DNA of 64,000 nt, from assembly GCA_038087875.1 (NCBI GenBank), contig CM075984.1, positions 25,916,001 to 25,980,000 on the forward strand, read 5' to 3'. Source of the DNA: Malacoraja senta (Eukaryota). Both the position numbers and the translations under genes were made by a program. The notes beneath the pieces are model-generated. The model was not told where the DNA came from and did no database searches. It saw only the letters and a program-made list of their open reading frames with translations. Positions 62,651 through 64,000 of the stretch are shown here, piece after piece. Position 1 is the stretch's first letter; each line of letters starts with the position of its first letter.

Positions 62651-64000
62651 CTCCTGCTTCGGTGTTTATTATTTTGAGTCTGCGATGACAAATTAGTGGG
62701 AACAGTGAACTTGCATACAATATTTGCTAGTCTTTTACAGTAGCTGCGATTCTGTTCTCATCTTCTGTCCATCTTATTCTCTTTTATGCCTTGTTTCTCA
62801 GTTTACTTTTCAGTCTTGTTCTCAATATTTGCCTATCATGACATCCACCCCTAAATTTTATTTGGTTCAACATATTCTACCCCCTCCCCCTCTCTTGAAC
62901 CCTGTTGCATCATATTTTTACCTTCCACTGTTTGTGCATGGCTAGCAGGTGCTCCTGATAGAGATGCTCAGTGTTGTTGGAGCTACCTGCTTCTCTGCCA
63001 ATGCGAGCAGTCTTGGGTGAGGGCTCTCCAGGATTTAATGGAGAGAGTTTGGTGGTACTTCTGCAGTGCCAATTTCGGGTTTGGTTTTCAGACACAAAGG
63101 AGCCGGTGGATCTTTAGTTTCCTTCACGTAGAATCATTGATTTGTATTGGTACAGAAGGGGCTACTTGTAGTGTAAAAATCCCCCAAAAATGCAGGTGCT
63201 GGCAAACTGAAATAAAAATTGCAATTGCTAGAAACATTCAGCAGGCCAGACAGCCTCAATAGAAAGAGAATCAGAATTAATGTTTCGGGTTAGATACCTT
63301 ACTCATAACAGTTCAGCAATGTAGTGGTTACATCAGCGAATACACAGCCAAAGTACTGGACCATGGTTCCAGATGCATGAGTTCAAATTCCACTGCAGCA
63401 GCAGAGGAGTTTAAATATAAACAATTAAATCAAGATTAAAAAAAAAAATTATGATCTGGTTCATTAATGACGTTTGGGTAGAAAATTGTTGTTCGATCTG
63501 GCAGATGTGTTATTCATGACTCAATAGTCCAGCTGTCACGTCACTGCCATACCTCATTAAATGCCTGTTTCCACCCCATTATAGATGTGATCTCCAGACC
63601 TTTAGTGTTCATGTTTTACATATTATGGATCGAGATAATAAAGTAAATGGAAGATAATTGCGTTCAGCAAACATAGAACAGCATAGGAATGTTTGTGCTG
63701 AAGATGATAAACTGAACTAAACTAAAGTTAAACTGAAGAAACAAAGAAGTTTCTTTATTGGAGCTATTTATGTTGTGCTGCCATCACCAAAGAACCTCAA
63801 ACAGTGGGTAGGTGGGAACCCGGCGTGTCCCCTGTGTTTAGAGGTCCCAATGTTGAGGCATATTTTGTCAGGATGTTAGACTATTCTTTCTCAAGGTCGA
63901 TATACATGGCAGCATAACTTGGTCTTGAAGTGGAAAGCTGAGAGGATGAGAGCACAGGTGAATTCAGTATGCAATAGGACTGAGAGTATCGCTATTCATT

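Overview
Vertebrate genomic DNA. The repeat content (HER1/CR1-type LINE tails, HE1/V-SINE-like SINE, abundant Penelope-like pseudo-LTRs) points to a cartilaginous fish, probably a skate or ray; this is an inference. The only host coding sequence I can support is four consecutive + strand exons of the Wnt co-receptor pseudokinase RYK: 40450-40550, 46054-46179, 48763-48849 and 62393-62462. All have AG/GT boundaries with matching phases and encode the juxtamembrane region through the kinase N-lobe. I found no RYK signal-peptide, WIF or transmembrane exons in the 40 kb upstream, which holds a CpG-island promoter (about 636-980) and a 200-N assembly gap (38457-38656). Most of the rest is transposon-derived: many CR1 fragments, a Penelope-like element nested in a long CR1, minimal hammerhead-ribozyme motifs in dispersed pseudo-LTRs, two Tc1/mariner copies, Harbinger- and hAT-type MITEs, a Rex1 3' end, and a full-length DIRS1-type retrotransposon with near-perfect ends but decayed ORFs. 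The most unusual observations are two identical 22-bp palindromic insertions each with its own 8-bp target-site duplication, the DIRS element with a consensus 5'-UTR intron, and a locally duplicated microexon-like cassette flanking a RYK exon. Most ORFs in the supplied track are spurious or TE-derived.
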